The notes beneath the pieces are model-generated. The model had not been told where the DNA came from. It saw only the letters and a program-made list of their open reading frames with translations, and searched no databases. A program made the translations under genes and the position numbers. This document shows, in pieces, positions 1 through 8,838 of a DNA stretch of 64,000 bases; position 1 is the first letter of the stretch, and each line of letters opens with the position of its first letter. The stretch spans positions 9,231 to 73,230 of the forward strand of contig JBGCEN010000084.1 in the NCBI GenBank assembly GCA_045106435.1. The letters run 5' to 3'. This DNA is from Rhodothermales bacterium (GTDB lineage Bacteria > Bacteroidota > Rhodothermia > Rhodothermales > JAHQVL01).

Positions 1-549
1 CTTGGCCGGCAAGGAGTGGCCACCCTGTTGGAAGCGCTTGGAGCAGTGCATAAAGACATGGGCAACACCACCGAAGCACTAGATTATTTTGAACGGGCTC
101 GCAGCCTTAAACAGGAGCTATACGACATCGATCCGTCCAACGGAGAGATGGGCAATATGCTTGGAAATACATTGCGCTCTTTGTGCGTGTTCTATGCCGA
201 GATTGGGCAGCATCAAAAAGCAACAGCTCTGTGCAAGGAATCTGTACTGATTCTCGATAAGGCTATTTCAGTTGATCCGCTTAATGGAATCTGGCAGTCG
301 AACTTGGTGGATTCTTACCTCGCATTGGCAGATGCTCATCAGGTACGAAGCGCCATCGTCTCAACCAGGAATCTGGAGCAACAAAGTTTACGCGAATCCA
401 TGGTTTACTACGACAAAGGCATTGCCCTAATCCAGTTATTGATTGCTGAAGATAGAGCATTCAAGTGGTCCGCAAAGCTAGATAGCCTTCAAGCAATGAG
501 AGAGTTAATCAAGCAAAATCTGACAAAGAATTCAGCTCTCCAGCAATAG
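1..549 (+). CDS. TPR-repeat protein, C-terminal portion (5' end lies outside the window)
   Basis: Frame 1 is open from nt 1 (LGRQGVATLLEALGAVHKDMGNTTEALDYFERA...) to TAG at 547-549. It shows a repeated helical-pair pattern typical of TPR. Track ORF 16..549. Confidence 0.6.
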   Translation, partial: LGRQGVATLLEALGAVHKDMGNTTEALDYFERARSLKQELYDIDPSNGEMGNMLGNTLRSLCVFYAEIGQHQKATALCKESVLILDKAISVDPLNGIWQSNLVDSYLALADAHQVRSAIVSTRNLEQQSLRESMVYYDKGIALIQLLIAEDRAFKWSAKLDSLQAMRELIKQNLTKNSALQQ

Positions 550-562
550 ACTGCTTATATAT

Positions 563-610
563 GCCGACTCACCGACTCACCGACTCACCGACTCACAGAC
601 CAACCGACTC
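563..610. repeat. 8-bp tandem repeat (ACCGACTC)n, about six units, between convergent genes
   Basis: Read directly: gccgactc accgactc accgactc accgactc acagacca accgactc. Confidence 0.9.
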
Positions 611-1378
611 CTATGTCGTATCAACCGGTACCTTTGACGTCGGGGACGACATGTTGGAATCTGCTTCGTGCGGATTGAGGGTGCCTTGGGAATGACGCCA
701 TTGCGTGGCAAAATGTAGCAAGGCAGATACGCTTTCGAAGTTCAGCTTTTCCTTAACGCGCCGGCGATGCGTTTCTACCGTTTTGCGGTCAAGTTTCAGG
801 CGGTCAGCCATATCCTGAGGGCTTGCGCCTTCGCCCATCATCAGCAAGACAGCCAGTTCTCGATGCGTGAGTAAGTCCATGGCCTGTTTTTTTACAGCGC
901 CGGGCCCTTTGGTAATTTTGTTTAACAGTCGCGCGGTCATCGAAGCACTGAGGAAGGTCTCGTTGCGCATCACGCTGCGGATGCCTTCTAGAATATCTGA
1001 AGTGCCGGTGCGCTTCATCATGTAACCCATCGCGCCGGATTCAATGGCGCGCTCTGCAAAGATCTTTTCGTCGTATTGAGAGAAAACGAGGATCTGCAGA
1101 TTCGGCTGCTGGGCAACCAGTTGCATGGAAAGATCAAGTCCGTACGCGTCATCCAGAGATAGTGAAATAATCACGACATCTGGCTTGGCTATGGTAATGT
1201 GGTCAAAGGCCTCTGAAGCAGACGTAGTTTGTCCGCAGTAGATCATGTCCTCTGTGCGTTTAAGCAATCCGGAGAAAGCGTCTCCAATGGCAGGATGTCG
1301 ATCTATAACCAATACGCGAATACGTCTGGGTACTGAATTGTCAGAAGGGTACTTGGGGTGTAATATCACGTTGCCCAC
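611..1378 (-). CDS. NarL/FixJ-family response regulator (REC + LuxR-type HTH) with an atypical receiver
   Basis: REC-like N-terminus (RVLVIDRHP..., ILVFSQYD, GAMGYMMKR). C-terminal LuxR HTH (LTHRELAVLLMMGEGASPQDMADRLKLDRKTVETHRRRVKEKL). At the expected phospho-acceptor position the sequence reads PDVVIISLSLDD, with Ser where NarL has Asp in PDLILLDLNMPG. Confidence 0.85.
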   Translation of the reverse strand: MGNVILHPKYPSDNSVPRRIRVLVIDRHPAIGDAFSGLLKRTEDMIYCGQTTSASEAFDHITIAKPDVVIISLSLDDAYGLDLSMQLVAQQPNLQILVFSQYDEKIFAERAIESGAMGYMMKRTGTSDILEGIRSVMRNETFLSASMTARLLNKITKGPGAVKKQAMDLLTHRELAVLLMMGEGASPQDMADRLKLDRKTVETHRRRVKEKLNFESVSALLHFATQWRHSQGTLNPHEADSNMSSPTSKVPVDTT

Positions 1379-1759
1379 TCTGTGTTAGGGTGAATTCCTT
1401 CACCAGGTGAAGAACAAAGGGGGCTAATAAGAGGTCGATGGAGGGGTGCTCATCGAGAGCGAATATCCTACCTGCAACAAGCATGCCGATGCATTAAAGA
1501 CGGAGAATACGTCAATATTGGGGGCGCGGATACTTTTGTAGCTGCGAGAATGTCATTCTGGAGGATTCGTATCGTTTCGAGATTGACGCCGGCGTAATGC
1601 AGTGCCTTGCCGAATATGAGTAAATTTAAAACCGCAGGTAGAACAAGGAATCATGCATGCATAGAAAAATACGCAAAGCGCTTCAGGATTGGATCTCCAT
1701 TGATCAGTGTTCGATATTCAAGCCGTTATCCATTTGGCAACGTCGAATGCCGGGCATCT

Positions 1760-2252
1760 TTAAACAGACGTGCTGAAAAACCGCCGGCATTTTTCCAGTA
1801 ATTGCTTCAGGAATTGTTCTGGCACGATTGCGGGTTTCGCTTGTGCTTTTAATTGTTCGCCAGAAAGATGTGTGTGTTTTATTAAGCGCATGTGGGGCTT
1901 CTCCATCTCGGGAAAGAACACAGGGGTGAATGCTTCGTCATGAATCAACTCTAAAAAAGTATGCGATGGTAACGCATCATCTACGATCAACGGTGTAGAT
2001 TTCTTCATTGCTTGAGACTTGTTTGGGAGGGCAGTCGATAAAGAGCAAAAGAGACAGACTTTCTTTCCAGAGAACTGAAAATCTTGCCTGCGAGAGGAAA
2101 AGTTTTCCCTGATTGGTCACAGGTTTGTGCCATGATGTGTCGTATTGTTTTCCGGCAAATCTCTTACCAGCAATGATGGAAGGGTAGATTGTTTGAGAAT
2201 AAAGAGAAGATGATGCGTGTCGGGTAGCGGTTAACATGGGACAAATATCCAT
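1760..2252 (-). pseudogene. Two overlapping ORFs in different frames (1977..2252 and 1760..2008); possibly a frameshifted or degraded gene of unknown function
   Basis: The ORFs overlap by 32 nt in different frames and I recognise no family. The surrounding 1.38-2.47 kb lacks any long clean ORF. Confidence 0.2.
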
Positions 2253-2487
2253 CTACCTATAAACAATCTTGGCCAGGTACAAGCGGTTGGTTTAAGCTCC
2301 AGATGTTTAATGATTCTGTGAATTATTCATGCAACTGAGTGCATCCATGCGAGTTAATAACAAGGTGATTGCGATTTACGACTTCGGCCTCTCTATCGCA
2401 CAGTAGTTAAAATTGCTGTAATGGTCTCGGAATTTGTAATCGGCAGTCAATTTCAATAGCGCTTGAACGGCAACTCTCTGGCACACT

Positions 2488-2557
2488 GCGAAAATGCAAT
2501 GGAGCGAAAATGCAAATGGAGCGAAAATGCAAATGGTGCGAAAATGCAAATGGTGCG
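2488..2557 (+). repeat. 17-bp tandem repeat x4 (GCGAAAATGCAAATGGW) spanning the 5' end of the 2527..3249 CDS
   Basis: Units at 2488-2503 (16 nt, one A missing), 2504-2520, 2521-2537 and 2538-2554, followed by a partial gcg. Each unit carries two ATG triplets. Confidence 0.9.
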
Positions 2558-3249
2558 GCAATTCGGGATGGCTCCTCAAAATTTCGAAAGAAAGTCTGTG
2601 CCAAAAATGTGAAACAGAAGTCAAAATGCGCGTGCTGCATGCAACGCGTGTATTGAATGAAAATCTGAACCTGATGCGTCGTGCAAAAGAAATTGACACG
2701 CGGTTGGCCAAAGGGCAAATGGCGATCAAGCAATTGCAGGAGTTGGTTCCTTATTACCAAAAGGGGCTTGTTAAATTAGATCCATCCCCGCAGGAATTGG
2801 TTGCTCGCATTTACATGGCTGAGCGTAACATCACAAATGAGCACATCGAAAGCCTGTTCAAGGTGGCTGCAGCGCAGGCCAAGAAAGCCTCTTCCAGTGC
2901 CGCAAGAGGACAATACCTTACAGAATTGGTTGAAGCCGTAGACAAATACAAGGCCCAGCTTGGGAAATCAAACGAAATGCGTTGGCGCAAGCGACTTGAA
3001 GCGGATCGTGGGAAGCTGCTTGTTGAGAATGCAGGAAAAGATGCCGGCAGTGGCAAGCGTGATATGGCCATAGACCAGTACATCGAGGCACTGGATATGC
3101 TTCGCGCTGATGATAATGGCGATCCTGCTAACAAGAACAGGATTGAGCAAATCAAAAAACGCATTAACGATCTGGGCGGAAAAGTCCCGGACAACTGGGA
3201 GAAAGCTATGAAGAGTGGAGGCGATGGATTGCCGGCGGACAACAATTGA
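2527..3249 (+). CDS. Hypothetical protein with an N-terminal CxxC...CxxC zinc-ribbon and a long helical region
   Basis: Track ORF 2494..3249. In-frame ATGs at 2494, 2527 and 2533. N-terminus MQMVRKCKWCGNSGWLLKISKESLCQKCE. The remainder is Lys/Glu/Ala-rich and helical. No family recognised. Confidence 0.5.
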   Translation: MQMVRKCKWCGNSGWLLKISKESLCQKCETEVKMRVLHATRVLNENLNLMRRAKEIDTRLAKGQMAIKQLQELVPYYQKGLVKLDPSPQELVARIYMAERNITNEHIESLFKVAAAQAKKASSSAARGQYLTELVEAVDKYKAQLGKSNEMRWRKRLEADRGKLLVENAGKDAGSGKRDMAIDQYIEALDMLRADDNGDPANKNRIEQIKKRINDLGGKVPDNWEKAMKSGGDGLPADNN

Positions 3250-3418
3250 GTAAAGTCTCGTTGCTCACTTTTGGAAGGTTTTTGATTCGGGTTGCGGATT
3301 CTTCGCCAGAGTTTATTTACATGCATTCTCCGGGCATAACATGCCTGTTGAACACAAGGTAAAATATCTCTAAGAATCCACAACCCGAATCAAAATCGGC
3401 ATCACACGTATCCTCCGC

Positions 3419-3529
3419 TCAACCTCCAAAGCCTAAAATAGCAACGGAGAGGAAAATAAATAGAAAAGCGAGAATGGCCAAGGCCAGGCTAAACGCAGTG
3501 CCCCATGAGTTAGTACTACTCGGTCTCAT
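3419..3529 (-). CDS. Candidate small hydrophobic peptide (36 aa), speculative
   Basis: My own translation: MRPSSTNSWGTAFSLALAILAFLFIFLSVAILGFGG, stop TGA at 3419-3421. It has one predicted TM helix and lies in a 1.4-kb region with no other convincing ORF. Confidence 0.15.
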   Translation of the reverse strand: MRPSSTNSWGTAFSLALAILAFLFIFLSVAILGFGG

Positions 3530-4140
3530 ACAAGGAAAAGGTGTTAAAGCTTTACGAAAAGCGAGTGAGGAAAGGGGCCTCGGAAGGGCGTGCACTTAAT
3601 ATAATATGTTACCAATCTGTATTGTGCCGAATGTGTCATAAAAGTTTGGTAACTGTGCTGCAATCACAACCCTGGCTCCATTTCCATAAGAAATGAGAAG
3701 GATACTTGAAGATCTCCTCTACACAGCTAATTCCTCGTCATCATTGTAAGATCTGAAAAATAAGAACAGGTGCACTACGTCATGTAGAGCGAAGCCAATC
3801 TTTGCAAGGTCTGTGCCAGTGGGGCAGAAAATCTGCCGTCGAATACGCCACACTCCTGTGTCTGTCTTTGCCCCGAATGGGATGAGCTGATGAATGGAAT
3901 TCGAAATGAAGCACGTGCTTATTTGGCGAGGCTCATTGTGGCGCAATCGGATTGGCGCATGGCATATATGTGTGCAAAGTATGAAGTATGTGACCAAACT
4001 ATTTCGTGAATGTGCTCGTTTGTGCAAAATAGGCCATTTACGACGGGCAGCGGAAACCGTATGGAACTGGATTTCGTCTTATCTTCACTATCGAAAACCC
4101 CTAATTATGCTCACATATTGAGCAAAAACCCCTGGCCATC

Positions 4141-4230
4141 ATGGCACTTTTTGCGCTCCTCGCTTTTGTATTCCTGATTGGATTTTTGGCGTTTTTCCAG
4201 CCCGACCGCCGGCAGTCCAGACGCCTTTAA
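4141..4230 (+). CDS. Candidate small hydrophobic peptide (29 aa), speculative
   Basis: My own translation: MALFALLAFVFLIGFLAFFQPDRRQSRRL. A hairpin (gctgatt...aatcagc, about 4288-4315) lies roughly 60 nt downstream. Confidence 0.15.
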   Translation: MALFALLAFVFLIGFLAFFQPDRRQSRRL

Positions 4231-4662
4231 TGGCGCACGTTTAATGGGTTGATCTGCGCTTTAGGATTGGCGTAAATCCGGTTTTAGGCTGATTGATTTC
4301 CACATGAATCAGCTTTGCTCTTCATTATTGCTTCATGTTTCATTGCGCAAAGTAAAGTAAATCTTTCCGCACAGGTTACTTTATTTCCATTTATTTGACC
4401 ACGGTCCCGCCACTGTTTCACTTCTCACGTGCCTTTTACTGGCCCCTGTCTGCTTAAAAGGGGCGAATCCGACAATCTATTCCAGCCTGGAAGCCTACAT
4501 TCTACCCCAAAATGCGTGTTTTTTGAGGAGTAGATATTTCTACGAACCCCTACGCACATCCTGATAGGCTGACTTCCTTGCTCAAATAGATTGATTGAGC
4601 GATAAACGATAAACGAATCCACATTAAGAAATGCGCATCGAGGTATGAAATACCTGAGCTAA

Positions 4663-7600
4663 ATGTCTAGCTGGCAATGTTCAACCAAAATGGATATTGC
4701 CATGCGATGCTCTCTCTTCTTTGTATTACTGACTCTTTATATAACACAGTTCAATGCCACAGCTTATTCACGAGTGGATGAGGTTACATTCCCCCAAATG
4801 GCGGAAACGTTTTGGGTTGATGACGCCGGCGTAGATGCACCTTCGTGCAGTGAAACTCAGCCTTGTAAAACGATCACCTACGTTCTCGAATCACTCGCTG
4901 GGGATGGGGACGTTATCAATGTGATGCCGGGGATTTACAGGGAGCAGATTGATGTGCACCAGACAGGTATTTCGCTGCGTGGAACGGATGCCGGCGTCTT
5001 CATCTTTGGATCTGAAAAGCCGGCATTATCTGAAGCAGAAGGAAAATACGTAGCTGATTGGCCATGGGCTGCCTCTTTTGCCGGTTCTACGTTTTGTGGT
5101 AATTTGACGAACGATGTTTCGGTTGATGCTGCTTTTTGTAATACAGCCGGCTTTTGGCAGAATGGCGTTCGTTTGTCACAAGTGCTCTCTAAATCAGCGG
5201 TGGTGGCCGGTACCTTTTACGTCGATTTTAGTGCAGAGGAGGTTTGGCTGCTTCCGTTGGCAGACAATGACAACCTTAATGAAATTGAAGGCCTTGCGCA
5301 TCCGTATGTAGTAAAGCTTACCGCGGATAGCAGAGAGGTGACGCTTGAGAACCTGCATATTTGGTACGGCGCTTCTTTACCCGATGATGGCATTCTTCAG
5401 GTTGAAGGGGCCGGCCACAATCTTGTTGATCTGGATATAAGATACTCTGCCGGCGCAGGTATCCTGGTATACGGTGCTGATCAGGTTTATATGAATGGTG
5501 TAGCGTCGGAGCAACACGGACAAAATGGCTGGCGGGTTCGTGCAAATGCCTCTTTTTCAACCACCAGTGGCTGGGTGATCAATGATTGGGTCGACGACCT
5601 GCAACTCGTTGGGTCTTCTTCGAGGAAAAACGGGTGGAAAGGTTACGACAATTGCTGGGGCGGAGGTGGGACCAAGTTTTCATTCACGCAGGATCTGACA
5701 ATAGACAGTTTTTATTCTGCTGATAATAATGGCTTTGGTATATGGCTCGATATCGAGAATCATAATTTTATCATCGAAGAATCACTCAGCGCAAAAGACA
5801 CGGGCCGGGGCATCTTTGTCGAATACATCAGTGACAACGGGATTGTGGAAAACAATGTCGTGTTTGGTACCGAAGATGCAGATGCGATTGGCTGTGGAAT
5901 TAGTGTCGGATTGGCCGTTGCAGATTCTCGAGAGGTCTTGGTGAAGCATAATACAGTGTATTCCACCGCCGATGATGTTAAAGGCATGATGTTGAAGACC
6001 GGATGCCCGACGTGCCGTTCATTTCCTTACCCCAGTGAATCCATTACCTGGGAGAATAATCTGTTGGTGAATAAGGGAGACGCCGGCTTTGTTCGAGACC
6101 TCGATGCCGGATCAGCAGACGGTTTTACGTATCTCAACACAAAAGTCGAAGAATCTTTTGCAGGAGATGCTACTGTTGCCGTTTGTTGGGATAATTTGGG
6201 TAACTGTTCTAAAGATGCACTGGGTGTCGCATCAGTAGGGCCAGGTACGTATCTGGAAAATGAATCGGATGAGTGCGGTTTTAACATATCAAACAGTGTA
6301 GTGGCAGGTGCCGGCGTACAGAACTTTGTGCATCCATTTGCTGAAGAAATTTGTGGTGCTTCGCCGCCACCGCCTGCACCCCCCGTGGCAGACTTCTCTT
6401 TTAGTCTTGATGGTTTGACGGTTTTGTTTACCGACGCAAGCTCAGGTGATAGTGAAATCGTTGATTGGGTGTGGGATTTTGGAGATGGGAATGGTGGAAT
6501 TGCTGAAGCCCCCACCCACACCTATGAATCAACCGGTACCTATACGGTTTCGTTGACGGTTACAGATACGCAGGGACTGTCTGATACCCATTCTGATGAC
6601 GTAACCGTTCAGCTTGATGAGCCGCCCCAGCAAGCACCCGTGGCTGATTTTCTATATGAAACAGCAGGGCTTTCAGTAACAGTTACTGACGCTAGTATCG
6701 ACGATGGAACGATCGTTTCCTGGGTTTGGGACTTTGGCGATGGGAGCGAGTCGACCTTGCAAAACACGACACATACCTATGATGAAGCAGGGACATACAC
6801 GATGTCCTTAATGGTTACCGATAATGATGGTCTGCTTGATACTGCAACGAAGGAAGTTGTGGTTGTAGCAGATGATCAGCCGCAGCCTCCTGTTGCAAGC
6901 TTCTTCTTTGATATTACGTTTTTGACCGTGGAATTTACGGATAGCAGTTCTGATGATGGTTTTGTTGATACGTGGCTGTGGGATTTTGGGGATGGAGCCA
7001 CGTCAACCGAACAAAACCCAACGCATGTTTATGAGAGCGCCGGCGAATATGTCGTTGTGTTAACAGTGACTGATAACGAAGCACTTTCTTCCAGTACCAC
7101 ACAGCAACTCTCTGTTGAAAACCTTCCCGTAGAAATCCCGCCGGTAGCGGCTTTTGAATTCTTGATTGACGCTAAAGAAGTGACATTTACAGATCAAAGC
7201 ACAGATTCTGATGGAGTGATTATATCATGGGAATGGTTGTTTGGCGATGGTGCAACCGCGGAGGAGCAACATCCTGTTTACACGTTTGCTGCTGCTGGTA
7301 CCTATGTCGTTGAGTTGACAGTAACCGACGACAGTGGGTTGACTGATGTGATCGACAAGACGATTACAATAAACGATGATGTAGTAGATGATGGTGCTTT
7401 TGTGGAAGAAGGAGGCCAAGTTGTTATGGAGGCAGAGCACCATACGATTCAGTTCTCGAATCCGGAAACACTCGATGTTTGGACACAGACCGTGTATGAT
7501 GCAGAGCAGCCATCGGTGCTTGCCATGCAGGCCCTGGAGGATGATGGTGATTTCATTTTAGGGGATTACAAATCAGACAATGCAGAAATGCAGTTTCCTC

Positions 7601-8277
7601 TTTTACTAAGCAGCACCGGGACCTATTACGTCTGGCTACGTGCGTTGGCCATTGCAGATGGGAAGACCGTTTATGCCGGATGTGATAATCAAGCCATGAG
7701 AATGGGGGTGTCTTCTATTGAAGAACTGGGAGAGTGGGTTTGGTATGGCATGAAGAATGAAGGCCGGCGTGCGCAGTTTAACGTTTCTCAAATTGGTGAA
7801 AAGACTTTTACTATTTGGATGCGTGAAGATGGGTTCTCAGTAGATCGAATAGTGCTTACTACAGATAAAGACTATATACCAACAGGTGTGGGGCCGGATG
7901 AAAGCGATCGCGTATCTTCATCTGTTATATCGTCTAGAAACAAACATTGGAGAAATATCCCGGATATTCAGTTTGAAGAAGCATTGCCGGCGCAGATCAA
8001 GTTCTACGAAGCATACCCTAACCCTGCTTTTTCTGTTGTGAATCTACCTGTTGATTTGCCTGAAGAAGGTATCGTCAGCGGAGGAATCTACGATATGCTG
8101 GGGCGACAAGTGCGGCATATCGAAAAGAAAGCTATATCTGCCGGATCGCATCGAAGAATCGTAGTGGATATATCACGATTGCCGGCGGGCGTGTATGTTT
8201 ATCGCATGGTCGTATCTCAGTCTGATGGAGTAACTGAGCATTCAGGAAAGATGGTTGTGACCAATGAAAAAAGATGA
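4663..8277 (+). CDS. Large secreted T9SS cargo: right-handed beta-helix region + 4 PKD domains + beta-sandwich (carbohydrate-binding-like) domain + T9SS C-terminal sorting domain
   Basis: 1204-aa ORF. The signal-peptide-like N-terminus suggests a start at ATG 4690 (MDIAMRCSLFFVLLTLYITQFNATAYS). There are four copies of the WDFGDG...THTY...TVTD PKD pattern. It ends in EAYPNPAFSVVNL...GIYDMLGRQV...GVYVYRMVV. Confidence 0.85.
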   Translation: MSSWQCSTKMDIAMRCSLFFVLLTLYITQFNATAYSRVDEVTFPQMAETFWVDDAGVDAPSCSETQPCKTITYVLESLAGDGDVINVMPGIYREQIDVHQTGISLRGTDAGVFIFGSEKPALSEAEGKYVADWPWAASFAGSTFCGNLTNDVSVDAAFCNTAGFWQNGVRLSQVLSKSAVVAGTFYVDFSAEEVWLLPLADNDNLNEIEGLAHPYVVKLTADSREVTLENLHIWYGASLPDDGILQVEGAGHNLVDLDIRYSAGAGILVYGADQVYMNGVASEQHGQNGWRVRANASFSTTSGWVINDWVDDLQLVGSSSRKNGWKGYDNCWGGGGTKFSFTQDLTIDSFYSADNNGFGIWLDIENHNFIIEESLSAKDTGRGIFVEYISDNGIVENNVVFGTEDADAIGCGISVGLAVADSREVLVKHNTVYSTADDVKGMMLKTGCPTCRSFPYPSESITWENNLLVNKGDAGFVRDLDAGSADGFTYLNTKVEESFAGDATVAVCWDNLGNCSKDALGVASVGPGTYLENESDECGFNISNSVVAGAGVQNFVHPFAEEICGASPPPPAPPVADFSFSLDGLTVLFTDASSGDSEIVDWVWDFGDGNGGIAEAPTHTYESTGTYTVSLTVTDTQGLSDTHSDDVTVQLDEPPQQAPVADFLYETAGLSVTVTDASIDDGTIVSWVWDFGDGSESTLQNTTHTYDEAGTYTMSLMVTDNDGLLDTATKEVVVVADDQPQPPVASFFFDITFLTVEFTDSSSDDGFVDTWLWDFGDGATSTEQNPTHVYESAGEYVVVLTVTDNEALSSSTTQQLSVENLPVEIPPVAAFEFLIDAKEVTFTDQSTDSDGVIISWEWLFGDGATAEEQHPVYTFAAAGTYVVELTVTDDSGLTDVIDKTITINDDVVDDGAFVEEGGQVVMEAEHHTIQFSNPETLDVWTQTVYDAEQPSVLAMQALEDDGDFILGDYKSDNAEMQFPLLLSSTGTYYVWLRALAIADGKTVYAGCDNQAMRMGVSSIEELGEWVWYGMKNEGRRAQFNVSQIGEKTFTIWMREDGFSVDRIVLTTDKDYIPTGVGPDESDRVSSSVISSRNKHWRNIPDIQFEEALPAQIKFYEAYPNPAFSVVNLPVDLPEEGIVSGGIYDMLGRQVRHIEKKAISAGSHRRIVVDISRLPAGVYVYRMVVSQSDGVTEHSGKMVVTNEKR
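6380..7375 (+). repeat. Four tandem PKD-domain coding repeats (about 270 bp each) inside the 4663..8277 CDS
   Basis: Repeated protein pattern PVADF...T(V/L)xFTD(A/S)S...W(V/L)WDFGDG...(N/A)PTH(T/V)Y...G(T/E)Y(T/V)V(S/V)LTVTD. Confidence 0.85.
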
Positions 8278-8294
8278 AAGCGATGAGCTTTTGT

Positions 8295-8507
8295 AAGCTG
8301 TTGAACAGGCTTTGGTTTATGTGACCGCCGATCGCCTCTGTTGTAATAGAGCATAATCTGGATGTCTTCAAAACTGCAGACTGGATTGTGGATCTCGGGC
8401 CGGAAGGCGGCCATAAAGGAGGTGAAGTCATCGCTGCGGGCCGGCCTGAAGAAGTTGCTGCTGAAAAGAAAAGCCATACAGGCCGATATCTGAAGCAGAT
8501 GCTGTAA
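8295..8507 (+). pseudogene. uvrA: 3'-terminal remnant of an excinuclease ABC subunit A (UvrA-family) gene
   Basis: My own translation of the frame with codons starting at positions divisible by 3: [69 protein letters not shown]. It has the hallmark UvrA C-terminus ([19 protein letters not shown]...G.PEEVA...SHTG..L). There is an in-frame TGA at 8322-8324, no start codon, and nothing UvrA-like upstream. Confidence 0.8.
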
Positions 8508-8838
8508 AATATGTATTGATACGTGCAGTATGTAAGATTTTGCACGCTTGTCGCTCAATTTGTGCTTCTTGTTATATCTCCTTCTTCTTATCTGGAATAC
8601 ATACTGCGACGGTATGTCCATTTGGACACATTAGTATATTTCAACACGTGTCTGTGTGGACACAAGATGCTATTTCTTGCAATATATAAGCTAAATATGC
8701 ATTGCTGTAACGTGTTGTCTGCCAATGCTTTATGTGAATTATTGGGGTGAGGTAATTGGTTTTGGCCTCCCGCTTGTAATCAGGGTTGGTGTACATGGCT
8801 GAAAGGCCGCAAGCTATACCAACCAAAGGAGGACCATT

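Noticed and set aside
1607-1801. Plus-strand ORF 1607..1801
   Set aside because: It is short with an odd composition, and it lies in a region of fragmented frames with no supporting motif.
2488-2557. The 17-bp repeat as an on/off phase-variation switch
   Set aside because: The last two units are identical and supply both the ATGs and the first CxxC knuckle. Loss or gain of a unit therefore regenerates the same start context, and no frame disruption of the CDS is expected.
5318-6521. Antisense ORFs inside the giant T9SS gene (5318..5560, 5760..5987, 6027..6521 minus; 5114..5311, 5729..5944 plus)
   Set aside because: They are fully embedded in a well-supported 1204-aa CDS. They have low-complexity or odd composition and are typical shadow ORFs.
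6380-7375. Regular repeats of about 270 bp that could be mistaken for a repeat array or CRISPR-like structure
   Set aside because: They are in-frame PKD domain repeats of the 4663..8277 CDS. The repeats are long and divergent at the DNA level, with no short conserved direct repeats or unique spacers.
8132-8621. Minus-strand ORFs 8132..8545 and 8217..8621 from the track
   Set aside because: They overlap the 3' end of the large + strand CDS and the + strand uvrA remnant, whose translation is unmistakably UvrA-like. The minus-strand translations look non-protein-like.
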